From Octopus bimaculoides (taxonomy: Eukaryota): a stretch of DNA of 64,000 nt. The DNA is taken from the NCBI RefSeq assembly GCF_001194135.2, contig NC_068987.1, forward strand, positions 3,943,993 to 4,007,992. The letters are read 5' to 3'. Below the pieces are notes generated by a model. That model was not told the origin of the DNA, searched no databases, and was given only the letters and a program-made list of their open reading frames with translations. Within the stretch, counting starts at the first letter, position 1. The number at the start of each line of letters is the position of its first letter. Position numbers and translations under genes: made by a program. Positions 24,785 through 36,830 of this stretch are shown piece after piece.

Positions 24785-26459
24785 GTAAGGTACTTGATTA
24801 GACTATAAAATCATTGAGGTGGAAAGAATGCCAGCCTGCTGCGATGGTTGGAGGGATTTGTAATATTACAATTACAGTGAGAGACTGTAATGAGTGGATT
24901 TGGTAGACAGGAACTGTATGGAAGCCTCTGTGTGTGTGTGTGTGCCTGTATTTATCCACCTCCACCTCTTGACCCCAAATGTTGGTTTGCTTACATTTCC
25001 ATGACTTAGCAGTTCAACAAAACGAGGCCAATAGAATAAGTATCAGACATCAAAACAGAAATATAAATACTGAGTTGGTAAACAATCTGTTTGACTAAAA
25101 TCCTTCAAGGCAGTGCTGTAGCATGGCCACAGCCCAATGACTAAAAGGAACAAAAAAAAAAAAAAAAAANNNNNNNNNNNNNNNNNNNNNNNNNNNNNNN
25201 NNNNNNNNNNNNNNNNNNNNNNNNNNNNNNNNNNNNNNNNNNNNNNNNNNNNNNNNNNNNNNNNNNNNNNNNNNNNNNNNNNNNNNNNNNNNNNNNNNNN
25301 NNNNNNNNNNNNNNNNNNNNNNNNNNNNNNNNNNNNNNNNNNNNNNNNNNNNNNNNNNNNNNNNNNNNNNNNNNNNNNNNNNNNNNNNNNNNNNNNNNNN
25401 NNNNNNNNNNNNNNNNNNNNNNNNNNNNNNNNNNNNNNNNNNNNNNNNNNNNNNNNNNNNNNNNNNNNNNNNNNNNNNNNNNNNNNNNNNNNNNNNNNNN
25501 NNNNNNNNNNNNNNNNNNNNNNNNNNNNNNNNNNNNNNNNNNNNNNNNNNNNNNNNNNNNNNNNNNNNNNNNNNNNNNNNNNNNNNNNNNNNNNNNNNNN
25601 NNNNNNNNNNNNNNNNNNNNNNNNNNNNNNNNNNNNNNNNNNNNNNNNNNNNNNNNNNNNNNNNNNNNNNNNNNNNNNNNNNNNNNNNNNNNNNNNNNNN
25701 NNNNNNNNNNNNNNNNNNNNNNNNNNNNNNNNNNNNNNNNNNNNNNNNNNNNNNNNNNNNNNNNNNNNNNNNNNNNNNNNNNNNNTTTTTTTTTTTTTTT
25801 TGCTTCATTAATTTTCTTTTCAGTTTAAAAACTTATTTTTTTTCATGCAACTTATGAGATACAAAGAATGAGAAATTAAAAATTAGTTTGAAAAATATAA
25901 ACGATAAGTCACATTTAGTTACATTAGTCAGAACTGCGAGCCACAAACCGAAGGTGATGCCCCAGCATAGCCACAGTCCAATGACTGAAATAAGTAAAGG
26001 ATAAAAATGAAACTAATATTAGAAAGATGAATTTCCCTTTGAGCAATTCTAATATTTTCAAAGCTTTGAATGTTTGAAATAAAAATGAGAAATAAATAAA
26101 AGCCAAGCATAATTTAGGGTACATTTTGTGAAATTTAATTAGAAATAAAGAACATAGTTTATGCATCACAAAAATGAATTGTCAGTGAATAAATTCCACA
26201 TTTATGTTGAGTTGGCATTCGTTAATTGAAGAACACAAGATTGAGGGAAAATGAAGTTGAGTTAGAGTTCTAAGATCTAAGATTTGTATGGCATTGCATC
26301 TAAATATCTTTTTAATGACAAGAAGATCTAGTTCCTTTTTGAAATTTATTCTACATTTTTACTTATTGTGTCTATGTGACCTTGAGAGTGGATTAGGCAA
26401 AAACTGAGAGAAGTTTGGCTGTGTGGGAAGAAGCTTGTGTCCCACTGCATATGGCACCT

Positions 26460-27317
26460 TGGGTAAGTGAGGTAGACGGGGAAAATGGAGGTAACAAAGA
26501 AGCTAAGCAGCAGGTTTATTCAGTAAGAGCAGAAGTAGAAAAGAAGAGAGTAGACAATGTCTTAGAGTGTGAAGATCATAGACGGGGGGGGGGGGTTCCA
26601 GATTGCTAGATAATATATCCGAGAGAACCAAGATGTGGATGAGAAGTGTACAGATGGATAATGGTATGTTGCAGTTAGTAAGTTTGAAAAGAAAGAGGTG
26701 TGGGTAGTGCTGCTATGAAAGGTCATTAAATGAGCCCAACAGAGGGACCAGCCATCCTAGTTGACAGCAGTAGGACAGATAAGGCAATTAAGGATATGGA
26801 AGCAGGGAATTATAGCTTAAGATGCTGGAAATATCTGGCAGAGTAGGATATGGTCTAGTCACCCTGTAGAATTAATCAGGTCATTCAGGAAGGTGTCATC
26901 CCCAATGACTGGCATTATAGTCAGCTCCTACAAGGGTCAGGCAGATACCTTAGACAGAAATAATTACAGAGATATCAAATTGCTGGACTCAGCTATGAAA
27001 GCTAGAGAGAGAGAGGTATAGATCAGTTAATTAGAAACAGATTTAGACTAGAGGAGATGCAGTTTGGTTTTGTGCCAAGAAGTACAAATGATGTTGTATT
27101 CTTAGACAACTGCAGGAGAAGTATTTCGCTACGAGTAAACCATTGTACTTGGTATTTGTTGACTTGGAGAGAAAGCTGGTGTTAGGAAGAGCATCCAGCA
27201 GTAGAAACCATGCCAAATTAGACTGGAACCTGGTGCAGCTCTCCAGCTTGTCAGCTCCAGTTAAACTGTCTAATCCATGTGGCATGGAGAGCGGACGTTA
27301 AACAATGATGATGATGA
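26460..27317 (+). mobile_element. Degenerate RTE-clade LINE fragment (RT N-terminal region) joined to the RTE 3' tail with (GAT)n
   Basis: Broken frames give LDRNNYRDIKLLD, EEMQFGFVP, QLQEKYFA..KPLYLVFVDLE; the tail ...GGACGTTAAACAATGATGATGATG lies at 27290-27317. Confidence 0.75.
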
Positions 27318-28049
27318 AATGGCACGAAAAAGCATTTAAATGGTACACACAAAAATGAAATGAAACATTACTCGAATACAATTTCGGGTGGGAAAACTTG
27401 ATAAATGTCCGTTTTATTTATTTACTTCTTTTTTTTTACTTCTTTACCACTGACAAAATAGCCTATCTTAAGATTCTATTGAGACATTCTAATGAAACAA
27501 CAGCTAAAAATTTACCAATTATTAACAAAAACTAATTTTTTTACTTACCTCTCTTAATTCAGAACGATAATCCACTGCAGCATCTTGACACGGACTCCAA
27601 TGTTGGTCAGTTTCGTTGAGGCATAGTAGAGGAGTTAGGGGTGGTCTATACACCACCCCTAACAAATCATTGGTTTTACTGTACACAGAAGCTGCTTCTC
27701 GAGGACAAAGAACGGGATGTGGTGTGGATGGTCCTTAACCCAATGCTCAACAAGAGCACTCAGAGTGTGCAAATCTCCGCCAGGGTAAAACGAAAAGGGG
27801 GGGGGAGGTCCACATTCTTTATGTCAGCCAAAAAAATGCTTTAAAGAACGGCAAACGTGTGAAAAAAATTGTAATTTTCGGAAAAGGAAAAAAAAAAAAC
27901 CATGGGGTAAATATATGATTTGTTTGCGTTTTAAGTCTTATAGAAAACGAAAAACGGATTTGTAGAATGGCAAAGTGAGGAAAAATAATGAAAATATGAA
28001 AAAATAAAAAACAAAAAATGAATTTTTATTATGAAAGGTACAATAAAAG

Positions 28050-31000
28050 CAGGGCCGTTGCTAAGCCCCTGCAACCCCTGCGGTTGCAGGGAGCCTCTGC
28101 AGTTGAGGGGCCCAATGTTAAGATCATGTAGGGAGACGAGTCATCTGTTTACTTTTGTTAAGATGTTGAACAAGAATTAAACTGTGTTAACTGAAAATTC
28201 CAAGAAATAAAATGTTAATACATTGTATCTGTAAAAGTTCTTGTAAAAATATTACATTGTACCATGAACGTGTACCAGGCTTTGTGGATTGTCTATGATA
28301 TCAATTGAACACAAACTTAGCTCTCAGCTTGATTATTCTGAAACTAATCGATGATTACGAGGAGCGAAAAGTGCGCCATGGTTTGTCTTTGAAAGTTGCC
28401 AGGATTATAAAAATGATCTATAAGAATTGGATGAGATAGGACGGCTCAGCCGTCTCTCCCCAGTTCTTATATTAATCATTAAAATTCAGAAATACAACAA
28501 CACGAGGGATAACGGTAATGACAGATCAATAGTTTATTCTAAGTTGGTGTAGAGCCGTTTCGTTCCTGGGTGAACAGGCATGCCGCTAGAATACCAAAGG
28601 AAGCTTCGACCACATGTCGGGGTCGAGTTTCGAGTTGGGACAGAGCCTGGAGAACGTCCTGTCGCCACAGCTGCTGGATGGAAAAGAGGGAGAATGCTAT
28701 TGCTTTCTCTCCACCTGTTTGCATTGTGGATGCGTGCTCGGGTACTTCCGCTGACGGTAAGNNNNNNNNNNGCACGAAACTAGATGGCCGCCGAACCCAG
28801 AAAACATGGCTAAAATTATACAATGAAAAAATAAAAATTGTTTTGTTAAAACAAAGAATGACAAGCTCAATAAATTTGCAAAGCAATGCTGTGTCGGATG
28901 CAGTAATGGAAGCAAAACTTTTGCATCCGACAGGAATGCGAGTAAGAAAAAAGTTCTGTTCAACATGAAAAGTTCAGCCAGACCTAGAGATAAAGGGTCT
29001 GTGTGAAAGAAGTGGCAACAAAGGTGTTGGCGTGAGCAAATGTGTATGCAAAGGTTGAAACAATATGTAATGTGTACATACTCTCCTGTAGCACGTTACT
29101 GTGCACAGAAATGGAAGAAAAACAATGCTTGTTTGTACAGAGAAATGAAATGCCAGCGGCATAAGAATGTCAAATGTATATTGTTTTGGAAAGTTTCTTT
29201 GGCCAATGCACTGTCCGGCCAGATCTAGTGACATAAGGGTCACTTGAGTTCTGTCGCAACGACGAAGGTGGAGTGGTTTCTGGTGTGTGTGTTTGTGATG
29301 GTGTATGCATTGGTAAAGATGTTGACAGTGGTGTAACGTCGACAAAAGAGGTTGGTCCTGCGAGATAACAAGTAAATCAATTGTTGCAGGAGAGGAAATA
29401 GAATTGACAGGGAGNNNNNNNNNNTCAATCTTGGAAAAGATTGTGGAACCATGTGTGCATAGGAGAGAGAAAAATTTTTCGTAAAACAAAGAAACAATGG
29501 TGTTTGCTTTTGTTTTTCTTTTTCTTCTGTTTGTGTGAGTGTAACATATAAACACAATAATAGGCAGGCCGTCATGTAAACAAAGTGTATGTGTATACAA
29601 ACATGGATGCATGTGTGTGCAAGTAATACAGAGCATAGAAAAGAGTCTATAAGGGCGTTAGAAGAAAGTCCAGACACAAGGATAGTAAATGCCAGTTCTC
29701 AGTTAAAGTACACAGTAAATTGAAAGTCTGTATATAAGAGGTTGAGGCGTGGAGGCAGAACTAAGTCGCATGTCGTGAAGTTGAGGCTTCTATGCCGAGC
29801 CGGGTACTTGATACAGGAGTTCTCGCAGGTTGTATTTGCTGTTAACCATGGTGAAATAATTCACAAACAGTGTTGAGATAGAACCTGTGCGAGTGCTGTT
29901 GGTTGCTGTGTACGTAGCAAGAAGTTGGTGTTGACCCTAAGAAGCTGGAGGCGATGAAGGTGGAGGTCCGTAAGCTGCTGAACGAAGTGTTGGGTCTCCA
30001 TGAGGCTATTGTCGTGTCGTCGCTGGAATTGGCTGTGTGCTCTGTGGTGAGCGGCTAGACCTCAGAAGGTGTTGCNNNNNNNNNNNNNNNNNNNNNNNNN
30101 NNNNNNNNNNNNNNNNNNNNNNNNNNNNNNNNNNNNNNNNNNNNNNNNNNNNNNNNNNNNNNNNNNNNNNNNNNNNNNNNNNNNNNNNNNNNNNNNNNNN
30201 NNNNNNNNNNNNNNNNNNNNNNNNNNNNNNNNNNNNNNNNNNNNNNNNNNNNNNNNNNNNNNNNNNNNNNNNNNNNNNNNNNNNNNNNNNNNNNNNNNNN
30301 NNNNNNNNNNNNNNNNNNNNNNNNNNNNNNNNNNNNNNNNNNNNNNNNNNNNNNNNNNNNNNNNNNNNNNNNNNNNNNNNNNNNNNNNNNNNNNNNNNNN
30401 NNNNNNNNNNNNNNNNNNNNNNNNNNNNNNNNNNNNNNNNNNNNNNNNNNNNNNNNNNNNNNNNNNNNNNNNNNNNNNNNNNNNNNNNNNNNNNNNNNNN
30501 NNNNNNNNNNNNNNNNNNNNNNNNNNNNNNNNNNNNNNNNNNNNNNNNNNNNNNNNNNNNNNNNNNNNNNNNNNNNNNNNNNNNNNNNNNNNNNNNNNNN
30601 NNNNNNNNNNNNNNNNNNNNNNNNNAATTCCGTTATCACGTCATGGTCACCAGTTATAAGAATTGGATGAGATATGATGGCTCCGTCGTCTCTCCCCAGT
30701 TCTTATATTAATCATTAAAATCCAGAAATACAACAACACGAGGGATAACGGTAACGACAGATCAATAATTCATTCTAGGTTGGTGTAGAGCCGTTTCGTT
30801 CCTGGGTGAATAGGCATGCCGCTAGAATACCAAAGGAAGCTTCGACCACATGTCGGGGTCGAGTTGGGACAGCCTGAAAGAACGTCTTGTCGCCACAGCT
30901 GCTGGATGGAAAAGAGGGAGAACGCTATGCTTTCTCTCCACCTGTTTGCATTGTGCATGTGTGCTCGGGTACTTCCGCTGACGGCAAGTCCCTTGCACAT

Positions 31001-31284
31001 GTGCAATGGCACTTTCCAAGATGGCGGCCAATGACGGCCACACGCGCCACTACAGATCTTTTATTCATGTCTGGAAGTTTTACTTATTGAAATAGACGTA
31101 AATAAATTTAACTTGTACTTTTAAAGATGTATTTTAGGATAACGTGAAATATTGAATTTCAGACAGAATAAACTAGAATATAGCTATGAATAAAAGGTGC
31201 GTAGATCATGAATTTTGACTGAAGGGATGGGACCTCGAAACAAAAAGTTGCAGCGGGGTCTCTAAAAGTCATGCGACGGAGCTG
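28050..31284 (+). mobile_element. Non-autonomous hAT-type DNA element carrying a nested Gypsy element
   Basis: Imperfect TIRs CAGGGCCGTTGC / GCGACGGAGCTG; degenerate 8-bp TSD AATAAAAG / GATAAAGG; LIDDYEERKVR at about 28345-28378 resembles the hAT C-terminal dimerisation end. Confidence 0.55.
28419..31054 (-). mobile_element. Internally deleted Ty3/Gypsy LTR retroelement. 5' LTR 30655-31054 (400 bp), 3' LTR 28419 to at least 28760 (cut by a gap)
   Basis: Two directly repeated LTRs; 4-bp TSD GATC (28415-28418, 31055-31058); PBS-like TGGTGACCATGACGTGATAACG 2 nt after the 5' LTR; pol C-terminal VTRSGRTVHWPKKL near 29190-29232 on the minus strand. Confidence 0.85.
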
Positions 31285-31351
31285 GATAAAGGGAGACGGG
31301 ATTTCAGGAATCTATAATGCAATAAAAATGATGAAAAATAACGAAAAAAAT

Positions 31352-31376
31352 GGGGCGGGGCACATCATTTTATTGG
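31352..31376. promoter_or_regulatory. Possible promoter elements: GC box (GGGGCGGGG) and inverted CCAAT (ATTGG)
   Basis: Motif match only, in CpG-retaining sequence just right of the hAT insertion. Confidence 0.25.
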
Positions 31377-32899
31377 TGGCTGCTGTTCCGAAGGCAGGAT
31401 GAGTGAAGGTGTGTATAGTGAGACGTTTGGAAAACATGGATTAAAAAGAACATTTTATTTAGATGTCACAGGGAAGGACATCTTATAAATTATAAATGTG
31501 GAGGTTCTGTAAAATAGAGGGGAAATCCTGGACAGCTACTCCTCCGAAAGTTTGTCATGGTGTTAAATCACAAGCCTGCCTGGCCTGTGATTAAACAACA
31601 TCAAGTAGTGAAATGCATTTTCTGGTTTCTGTATTTTTTCCTTCGGGTTTTTAGTTTATAATTCATCGATAAAAAGATATCCGACAACGTTCGTGTGAAA
31701 TAACAATTTGAACAAATCAGTTTCTAACTCCAGGCAGACAAGCTTTATCATGTCAGCTTTTGTAATTGTGTTGTTTGTTGTCTCTTCACATCTTAGCCAT
31801 TCATTCTTATTTAAGCCTTTAGATATATTTCATCATTTACTTGTTTCAGCCAGAGGACTGTGGTCATGCTGGAGCACCACCTCTAAATTTTTATAGGTTT
31901 TCTTTTTCCTTTTGAATGCACCATTGAAATTCATTGAACACTGATCGAACAGAACGACAACAGAATACTTAATTATCGACCTAAATGTCAGAGCTTCGCA
32001 GTACTACGCACATTAAAATACAGAGGTTGACTTTTAATTCCTATCTTTCCACCAGACAACCAAAATGTCACAGGGAAATCTAAAAATTCAAAGTAATCCC
32101 AAACAACTACTTGCACCAATACTGCCTAATACCCCATAATTTGGGGAGAAGGTAAACAATACGGACACCCAGTGTTCAGGATCAAGAGTCAGGCCGAAAA
32201 CGGGTGGTGTGCGTATTCTTTACCTCCGCCATAATTTGGAAACTGAGAAGTGCTTTGATGACCCAATCTTCAGGAGACTCGAATGTAGCAAGACATGAGT
32301 TGATTTCTTAATAAACATCAAGGTAGTTAGTTGCAAATTTAAAATATTCAATGGGTTGTGCAGTGGTTGATATACTTTCTGAAGTGGTTAATCCTAACCC
32401 TTAATTTTCCTCTTGTTATACCAGATTATCCCCCATAATCCGCGTATTGGCAGCTCATGGTTGAAATTAGTTATCGTTCTACTTCAGAATTTTTTTAGCC
32501 ATTGCTTTAATATTGTGTAAAACGAAAGAAACATATAAAAAGAAAATTTATACCTAAACTTGATAAAATTCTAAACGAAAAAATGATTTTTTTTACTCAC
32601 TAATAAGTTGTCACGGTTCAAGCTAGATCCATTCGAGGCAAAAGCAGTTTCACACCTCACCTTGAGAAATGCATTTCCCCCCCCCTTTCTTTATTGCCCA
32701 TAAGGGCCGAACATAGAGGGAACAATACAAAAAACATGTGGGGACACATAACACGAAAAAATAAATTAAATTAAAGGTATGATAACATGAATGACACAAC
32801 GAAAATGATAATGAAAACGTACTACTTGCCATATACACCATTAGCTCCATCCATTCATTCATTTAAAAATGAAATCCACTCGTTTTACTGAGCGAAAAG

Positions 32900-34242
32900 G
32901 TTAATAATTTTCTCCTGGATGACTGTTGAGGAAAATTTTCTCCATTGAAAGCACTGCAAGTTCATTTAGTCTTTCAGAATTCCTTAGAAAAGCTCATTAG
33001 AAAAGTTTTTATTCTTTTCAATGTTGAAAAGCAGTCTTCTGCCTCTGATGTAATCATGACATTTGTCCAAAGGATTTTTATTAGTTTCGTAGTTTCACCA
33101 AGAAAACCATCTCGATTATTTTCCAAGATAAATTTCAGCAGCTCAATTAATTTGCAATTTTCATGCGTATCGGATCTACAACAGAATAATACTTCCAGTT
33201 CAGTTTCCAGCTTTTGCCAATCATGGGATATGCTTCAGTGGTCAGCACTTATCTCTTCTCTAGACAGTTCATTCTTAAAACTAGCGAAGCTTATGCGAAA
33301 TTGCAGCTTAATTTTCTGGAATAAAGAATTCTCCAAAACGCTCAAATATTTCTTCGTTCGTACCGTAGAACAATGTCCATTTGAGTGTGTTCCGAAAACA
33401 TCTGTCCTGTCTTCAGCTATGACGACTACAAACGAAGCTTCTCCAATGTCTGTCTTTATTTCTTCATTGTACATTTGTAAACATGCAGTCGAGTATCTCG
33501 TTCGGAATGGTCTTACAAAACATCTTTGAAGATCATACTGGTTTCGGTAAACATGAAGAATCTTTCCCAACGACAAATTAAATAAACAAAGACAGTCTTC
33601 TAGGGTAAAAAGGACCTGTAGATTATGAAAAACGTATTTAAAAATTAGGGCAAACCGTTTCAGAGATATTTGCATTGGTAAATATGAAGAATCTTTCTCA
33701 AACGACAAATTTAAAAAACAAACAGTTTTCTAGGATAAAATGGACGTGTAGATTACGAAGAACGCATTAAAAAATAAGGCAAACTAACTGTTTCAGAGAT
33801 ATTCGCATTTTAGGAGGGTTCCAAGTATAATTTGCTGTTTAGATGGTTTCTCATGGAGTTCGCTGGCATCCATGTTTGGAATTAGTGAAATAGGTTTGAT
33901 GATATTTCAACGGTGAATCCTATTGAGCAATTTCATTGGTTATTAAGCGGTAGTTTTTGTTATTTATTGCTTAATGACCAATGAAATTGCTTCGTTCAGG
34001 ATTGCCATTTCAAGTTGATTCAGCTCACGTTCAAGATATCAGTTTGAAGATAGGATTGAACCCAACTTCCATTTGAGGTTGCCGTTGTTTCGGGTTATGG
34101 GAAGCTCTAATTATTGTTTAGTTAGCCTATACGGGGCCATTCAACGTTTCCCAATGAATGACAATGCATCCATACATTTTTTTTTTTCGTGAACACAGAG
34201 TTCTACCAAATTCTGTAGAATATCCACGTTGTTACTCGCCAT
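32900..34242 (-). pseudogene. Decayed hAT-family (ZMYM1/DUF4371-like) transposase
   Basis: EEIKTDIGEASFVVVIAEDRTDVFG (ORF 33235-33708) resembles the ...EIKEAxFVSVIADETTDVS catalytic segment. Start-like MASNNVDILQNLVE at 34242; multiple stops and frameshifts. Confidence 0.65.
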
Positions 34243-34962
34243 GTTCTTTGGCATATCAATAAAGGACTATACAGCTCTCACCCTCTCTGCTCGCCAACAT
34301 AGAGAATTAAATTCTCTTACTTCTTCTCTTCCCTTTTTGCCATCAGTCTATTTTTTTCTGTCATTTATTCCACAGTTGGTTGTGCTTGGGAATTGAGCTA
34401 GAAAGTGTAATGATGCTTGCTTCAGCGAGATTTTATGCAGAGTGTGTCTGAGGACTCTACCCTCGTCCCTAACCATCTCAGGAATAATTGGCAGTGAAAA
34501 TGGATGGATATCTTGTAATAGTAATTGTTAAGTGGTGTGAGAAAAGTTAGGGAGCTGTTCATCAGGCAGCTGTGGTAGCTGAAGTTGGAGTCTGAGGAAA
34601 AGCTCTTTTAGATGACTTGGTGTGGGTTGTTTAAGATATAAAGGGTGTTTAGTTATGATGCAATTATGATACCTCTTACGTTAGCTGTACAGTTTAAAAG
34701 CCAGAAACTTTTCAATGCATTGAGGTCCTTTCAATGCCTGTGTCGTAAAAGTTGAGTGTGTTGTAGTTAGGAGTGTGGTGGTCTGACCTAGTGAAGCAAT
34801 TGCTGAGGTTGTTGTTTGTGTGTATGTGTCTGTATATATATATATATATATNNNNNNNNNNGAAGGAAAGAAAGGTGGTTTTACGTTTCAAGCAAAGCTC
34901 TTCTTCAGAAACAGAAGACAGAGGAAATCGCCAACAATTCACATGTGTTTACATTTTGAAAT

Positions 34963-35265
34963 GATGGTGGTGGTGGTGGTGGTGGGGATGATGACGGTGA
35001 TGATGATGATGATGATGTCAGTGACGATTATGATGATGATAATGGTGATGATGATAATGATGATGGTGATGATGATGATAATGACGACGATGATAATGAT
35101 GATGGTGATGATGATGACAACAGTGGCAGCGATAATGGTGGTGATGGTGACAATGGTGATGATAATAGTGGTGGTGATGACGACAATGATGATAATGGTG
35201 GTGGTGGTAGTGGTGGTGATGACGACAATGGTGATAATGGTGGTGGTGAAGATGATGACAAATGA
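34963..35265. repeat. Compound trinucleotide microsatellite (GAT/GGT/GAC/AAT)n
   Basis: About 100 in-register triplets are directly visible. Confidence 0.95.
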
Positions 35266-35697
35266 AGTTGATAGAGTTGAATAATATTTTCAAAAGAAGT
35301 GCTCCAGCATGTCCACAACCCATGGAATATAATTCACATAAAATAATTCCTGTTGAAACCTGCCAATATTTCTAATAATATAATACTTCCCCCCACAAAC
35401 CCCATCCCCATGGATGATTTATTGACAGGACACCCGGGTGTCGATATGAATTCCCACTTGATCATTATAATCCCTATTGTACAGAAGACACATTGTATTC
35501 CTCTAAGGCCATTGCACCCAATAAACGAATGAATATTAATGTCATTAGCATTATCATTATTATTATTTTTATTGTTGTTCTTATTACTACTACTACTACT
35601 ACTACTACTACTATTGTTATCAATTTATGGAGATTGATTTAACTCTTGTTATCATCATCATCATCATCATCATCATCATTATTATTATTAGTATTAC

Positions 35698-35915
35698 TTA
35701 AGCTAGCAAGCTGGCAGAGTCGTTAGCACGCTGGGCGAAATGCTTAGCGGTATTTCATCTACCACTACATTCTGAGTTCAAATTCTGCCGAGGTCAACTT
35801 TGCCATTCATCCTTTCGAGGTCAATGAATTAAGTACCAATGGTATACTGGGGATCGATGTAATCGACTAGTCCCCTCTCCTCAAATTTGAAGCCTTGCAC
35901 CTTTAGCAGAAAGGA
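35698..35915 (+). mobile_element. tRNA-derived SINE family 2 with (ATT)n tail (representative; other copies ~5514-5660, 11235-11456, 43720-43870, 53200-53645, 54935-55775)
   Basis: GCTGGCAGAGTCGTTAGCA...GAGTTCAAATTC (A/B boxes), with a body ending AGAAAGGATTATTATT. Confidence 0.8.
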
Positions 35916-36439
35916 TTATTATTATTATTATTACTATTATTATTATTATTATTATTATTACTATTATTATTACTATTATTATTATTATTATTACTATTAT
36001 TATTATTACTACTATTATTACTATTAATATTATTATTATTATGACTATTATTATTATTATTGTTATTTCTCCTTTGATATCAGCCAGACAACAAATACTT
36101 GCCCAGTGACCTGGGGTAGGTTATCTCTTGGAGAGTATTTGTTGCTGTTGTTGTTGTTGTTGCTTGTTGCTTATTGTTTGTTGTTTTTTGTTTGCTCCTG
36201 TTTGTTGATTTTTGTTGTTGTTGTTGTTTTTGACTTATGAAACACTCGTATGAATAATGGAGCATCGCTTCCGGTTTGTCTGTTGCACACAAATAAGCCG
36301 TGTAGTTTGTTCTTGAAAGAAAATTCTGAAAAGATTATTGACAGAGGTTCATGAATAAAACTGTATCTTAATTACTGGATATCATGACACAGTTGAACCG
36401 AAGCGGAAAAATAGATTTTGATTACCTTATTAAAAAGCA

Positions 36440-36492
36440 TACATAACACACACACACACACACACGAATATGTATATGAATGTGTGCATGTT

Positions 36493-36539
<47 letters not shown>

Positions 36540-36756
36540 GTGTGTGTATGTATATATGTATATGTATGTATATATATATATTTATGTATGTATATATATA
36601 TGTATGCATATACATATGTATGTATATATATATATATATGTATGTATGTATATATGTATAATGTATGTATATATATGCATGTATATATATTTGTATGTAT
36701 ATATATATATATGTGTATTTATATGTACATAATGTGCACAGATATATAATGTGTAT

Positions 36757-36822
<66 letters not shown>

Positions 36823-36830
36823 ATATACAT
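36440..36830. repeat. Compound (CA)/(TA)/(TG) microsatellite
   Basis: Directly visible dinucleotide runs. Confidence 0.95.

Noticed and set aside
25095-25811. Long ORFs of X residues (also 5038-5521, 30037-30711, 45917-46442)
   Set aside because: They span assembly N-gaps.
27549-27700. Orphan minus exon as an inverted TTC17 unit-3 exon
   Set aside because: Only faint resemblance (SVYSKTNDL, PLLC, ELRE); it lacks the conserved WP..EC, STW and DHL.GV motifs.
29925-29995. Plus-strand VDPKKLEAMKVEVRKLLN resembling a Gypsy RT lead-in
   Set aside because: The PBS, LTR polarity and RSGRTVHWP motif all place the element on the minus strand, so this is treated as coincidence.
34820-35323. Met/Val-rich, poly-His and poly-Ser/Pro ORFs on both strands
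   Set aside because: They are translations of a trinucleotide microsatellite, with no splice context or domain.
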